DNA of 64,000 nucleotides. It comes from a virus. Made by a program: the position numbers and the translations under genes. A model generated the notes under the pieces. The model was not told where the DNA came from and did not search any database. It saw only the letters and a list, made by a program, of their open reading frames with translations. This document shows, one piece after another, positions 61,367 to 64,000 of the stretch (its first letter is position 1; each line of letters opens with the position of its first letter). The stretch spans positions 1-64,000 of IMG/VR virus record IMGVR_UViG_3300028920_000032; one strand, written 5' to 3'.

Positions 61367-61741
61367 TTAAATCCTGTCAATAATATTTTTTAATGCTTTA
61401 ACTTGCTCTTTTAACAAATTAATAATCGAAGCCTCGACATCTGCATATTCAAAATAATTATCGTCTCCTATTTGAGTACTATTTTGTGACATAGGTGCTG
61501 GACTCGGACAATTGTCTATACCATGTCTAGACATATTTATAGTGTTTCTAATATCATCACAAATACGATTGATTTTTGGTGCCACGTCTTCTAAATAAAG
61601 ATCAGATTCAATATCATCTCCTTGTACTGTTTGTTGAACGGCTTGATCTAATTCTTTATGTAAACTAGACATAGCGTCGTCTACATCAGATGTTTTGATA
61701 ATTTCAATTTCATCTTCTTTTACCATTTTTTTATTTAACAT
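61367..61741 (-). CDS. hypothetical protein
   Basis: 124-aa ORF. Confidence 0.65.
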   Translation of the reverse strand: MLNKKMVKEDEIEIIKTSDVDDAMSSLHKELDQAVQQTVQGDDIESDLYLEDVAPKINRICDDIRNTINMSRHGIDNCPSPAPMSQNSTQIGDDNYFEYADVEASIINLLKEQVKALKNIIDRI

Positions 61742-62015
61742 CTTCTACTCCATACTTTATTCTAGTTAGTATTGCATTCACTCTGTGAGCAATATATATG
61801 TATAATATATCTTCTTCTTTTTCATCTAAATCTTCAACTTTTTTATCACGCCAATTTACTGTTAATTGTTGGTCATTAAAGAAAACATAATATAAATCAC
61901 TTATTTTTTTAATTTCAAATTTGTTACCAGGAAATTCTTTATTCAGTCTGTCTAATAACATCATCCATACTCTCTTGAATTGACTGGATTGCATCAGCAT
62001 CTTCACGAAGTTCAT
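61731..62015 (-). CDS. hypothetical protein
   Basis: ORF in coupled run. Confidence 0.55.
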   Translation of the reverse strand: MNFVKMLMQSSQFKRVWMMLLDRLNKEFPGNKFEIKKISDLYYVFFNDQQLTVNWRDKKVEDLDEKEEDILYIYIAHRVNAILTRIKYGVEDVK

Positions 62016-62244
62016 CAGGAGTTATTTTCTTTTTAAAGTATACAAAAAGTTTTCTTATATCTTTTTTAGATATATCTGGAATTTTTCCTGCGACAACTTT
62101 AATTTGTTCTCTCTGAGCTATTCTTGTTTCTTTGATTTCTTTTTCATAACCAAGATATGTTTTTAAGCCATCTAAGAAATCTCTTTGCTCATCAGAATTA
62201 AATAATTCAAATTTTTTTGTTATATCAGACATTGCCACCTCCAA
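61939..62244 (-). CDS. T4 DsbA-like double-stranded DNA-binding protein
   Basis: about 95-aa helical protein with ISKKDIRKLF.YFKK pattern similar to DsbA; near rnh as in T4. Confidence 0.45.
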   Translation of the reverse strand: MEVAMSDITKKFELFNSDEQRDFLDGLKTYLGYEKEIKETRIAQREQIKVVAGKIPDISKKDIRKLFVYFKKKITPDELREDADAIQSIQESMDDVIRQTE

Positions 62245-62959
62245 TTATATTAGCCCATGTTTTTAATTTTAACTTAAACATAGGATCATAAATATTATAC
62301 TTATTAATAAAGTATGCCATTTCATCTTCAAAAATAATATTAGCTTTTTTATGCTCAATAGCGATATTATTACTATCAACAATATAATATTCATAAGGAC
62401 CAGCTTCTATATCAACAAAGCATACTTTCGTTGTTTTTACACCTTCTTCTGTAGAAGAGAGTTTGATTTTTCGTCGTCTCTTTGGTGTAACAGCAATCTT
62501 ATGCATACGTTTCCAGTAACTCCATTTTTTACATTCTTTCATAATTTTTACATAAGTATTTAAATATCTGAATGGTTTAAATATTAAATCATTTTTTTCT
62601 TTTGAATATGAACACAAAAATAATCCTTGCTGATCTCTTCTATGTACACTATTAAAAACACTAAAAAAGCGTACATCTATTTGACCTTCTGGGTGTCTTG
62701 AAGAAGTTTGTCGACTTTCTTGTGGCACTAAACAAAAATGTAATTTTTTAATTTGCATTCTAGTTTTTTTATATGGTTCTGGAACATTGATGAATACTGT
62801 ATATGTAGCTTCTGACCACTTAAGATCTAAATGAGAAATATTAGAAACTAATGGATCGTTGTATAAATAAAGTGCTTTATTGTCTTTTAAAAATTTTTCT
62901 AATCTTTCTCTAGCTTCTGTCAATATACCACTATTTGTCATTTTAGTCACTGAATCCAA
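62225..62959 (-). CDS. hypothetical protein
   Basis: 244-aa ORF. Confidence 0.7.
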   Translation of the reverse strand: MDSVTKMTNSGILTEARERLEKFLKDNKALYLYNDPLVSNISHLDLKWSEATYTVFINVPEPYKKTRMQIKKLHFCLVPQESRQTSSRHPEGQIDVRFFSVFNSVHRRDQQGLFLCSYSKEKNDLIFKPFRYLNTYVKIMKECKKWSYWKRMHKIAVTPKRRRKIKLSSTEEGVKTTKVCFVDIEAGPYEYYIVDSNNIAIEHKKANIIFEDEMAYFINKYNIYDPMFKLKLKTWANIIGGGNV

Positions 62960-63191
62960 ATATAGCTTTAATTGTTTTGTTTATAACTTTTGATAATTGA
63001 CAAAAGTCATCTTCTGGCATTTGTATTGTAACATTGTTATACATTAAGAATATAACATCATCTTCTCTCCATGTATATATTTTTAAATTCTTATCTTCAA
63101 TACCTGCAAGAATTGCCGTTGTGTTTGCTTCATCGTTGGGGACGTTATCAAAATTTTCATCCATCATTTCTATTTCAGCATCTTTGCTCAT
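62943..63191 (-). CDS. hypothetical protein
   Basis: 82 aa, C-terminal NKTIKAIF. Confidence 0.65.
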   Translation of the reverse strand: MSKDAEIEMMDENFDNVPNDEANTTAILAGIEDKNLKIYTWREDDVIFLMYNNVTIQMPEDDFCQLSKVINKTIKAIFGFSD

Positions 63192-63743
63192 ATTATTCTA
63201 CCCTTCTATTGTGATTTTTTGTTAGTCATTTTTCTCCAGTTCGTTAGGATGATTTTCATCCATCCATTTATTAAATTCATCAGATCCGGTAGTTTCTGTA
63301 AGAGATGTTCCGGTGAAAACAAATGTTCTCTTTTCTTTCCAATATTGTTTTAATATAGGGATAAAAGATTCTTTTATATTACAATAAGGATATTTATTTT
63401 CTTTTTCCTGTTCCGGTGATCCCCATTTTAGTTGGTATGCAGTGCCACAAATAAGACATACTCCTTCTCCTGAATAATCTGTCCATCTGCATCTTAACGG
63501 ATTTCCACAGATGATACATACTTCAGTTCCCTTCAACTCTCTATTTGCTTCTAAATCATAATCAAATTTTATTCCTGCTTTTATCATTTGTTTACCTCCA
63601 AATAATTTAGGCTGTATATATTGTTTTTACAAACAATACCTATCTTTATCTCCTCCTGATATAGCTAAACATGAATTCTCCTTATCTATTATGGCGTTGG
63701 CAAAATTTTCATCCATCATTTCTATTTCAGCATCTTTGCTCAT
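63149..63743. repeat. 43-bp exact direct repeat (63149-63191 and 63701-63743)
   Basis: caaaattttcatccatcatttctatttcagcatctttgctcat occurs twice, 552 bp apart. Confidence 0.9.
63222..63587 (-). CDS. Zn-finger protein
   Basis: CIICG...CLICG; GGAGG SD. Confidence 0.75.
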   Translation of the reverse strand: MIKAGIKFDYDLEANRELKGTEVCIICGNPLRCRWTDYSGEGVCLICGTAYQLKWGSPEQEKENKYPYCNIKESFIPILKQYWKEKRTFVFTGTSLTETTGSDEFNKWMDENHPNELEKND

Positions 63744-63884
63744 GCTATTTCTCCTTTCTATTATGTTGTTCTTTAAGAAAATGTTTATAATATCCATCGT
63801 TACCAGCAATAACATGGCCTAAATATGTAAAACATGAGTTCCCATTACCTGGTAATTTTCTGCCACATATGCAGCAGTTATAAC

Positions 63885-64000
63885 TCATAATATTTCCCCT
63901 TCAAATATTTCTTTTGCAAAATTATATGCATATTCATTTATTCTCAATTGAACTCTAAAATTTTCAAGTTCTTTAGGGGTAATAATCTCACATTTAATAT
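63885..64000 (-). CDS. partial ORF (3' end only)
   Basis: open frame ...NEYAYNFAKEIFEGEIL* overlapping the next ATG. Confidence 0.5.
   Translation of the reverse strand, partial: IKCEIITPKELENFRVQLRINEYAYNFAKEIFEGEIL

Noticed and set aside
567-63225. Numerous plus-strand ORFs of 60-180 aa in the ORF track (e.g. 2172..2474, 44758..45288, 46762..47220, 55267..55665)
   Set aside because: They are antisense shadows of long minus-strand genes, with no recognisable motifs
63627-63815. 62-aa ORF as a genuine gene
   Set aside because: Its middle is the duplicated 43-bp gene start and its 5' part overlaps another small Cys-rich ORF (ATG at 63888); treated as a duplication scar
1-64000. CRISPR array, tRNA or rRNA genes
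   Set aside because: No repeat-spacer pattern or cloverleaf-like sequence recognised; intergenic gaps are mostly too short. A tRNAscan/Infernal run would be needed to exclude them formally
1-64000. Stop-codon reassignment as in some jumbo phages
   Set aside because: Code 11 gives long uninterrupted ORFs at high coding density, and TAA, TAG and TGA all end genes at sensible boundaries

Overview
An AT-rich (about 28% GC by eye), densely coding, almost entirely minus-strand segment of a large T4-like/jumbo myophage genome read in the standard genetic code. Positions 1.4-52 kb hold a contractile-tail/baseplate module: a 4523-aa fibre/adhesin with a C-terminal intramolecular chaperone, a tail-collar-like protein, a CBM-repeat protein, gp7-, gp6-, gp25-, gp5-, gp53- and gp27-like baseplate proteins, an FN3 protein, a tube initiator, a tape measure protein and a gp2-like DNA end protector. 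Small accessory ORFs interrupt it, including six paralogous WG-repeat genes in two clusters. Positions 52-64 kb hold HNH and GIY-YIG endonucleases, a T4 RNase H-like 5'-3' exonuclease, a degenerate gp23-like capsid paralogue, a DsbA-like protein and many small ORFs. Main observations: (1) a phage-encoded Csx15-like gene (possible cyclic-oligoadenylate sponge or ring nuclease, i.e. an anti-type III CRISPR factor); (2) an 8-residue terminal motif [HY]xxIxx(hydrophobic)F shared by about 15 small proteins; (3) Russian-doll nested domain insertions in the giant fibre; (4) a recurring AAGATAA[AT] promoter-like motif; (5) a GC-rich repeat/hairpin island at about 18.05-18.12 kb. All family assignments come from motif recognition by eye; no database searches were run.
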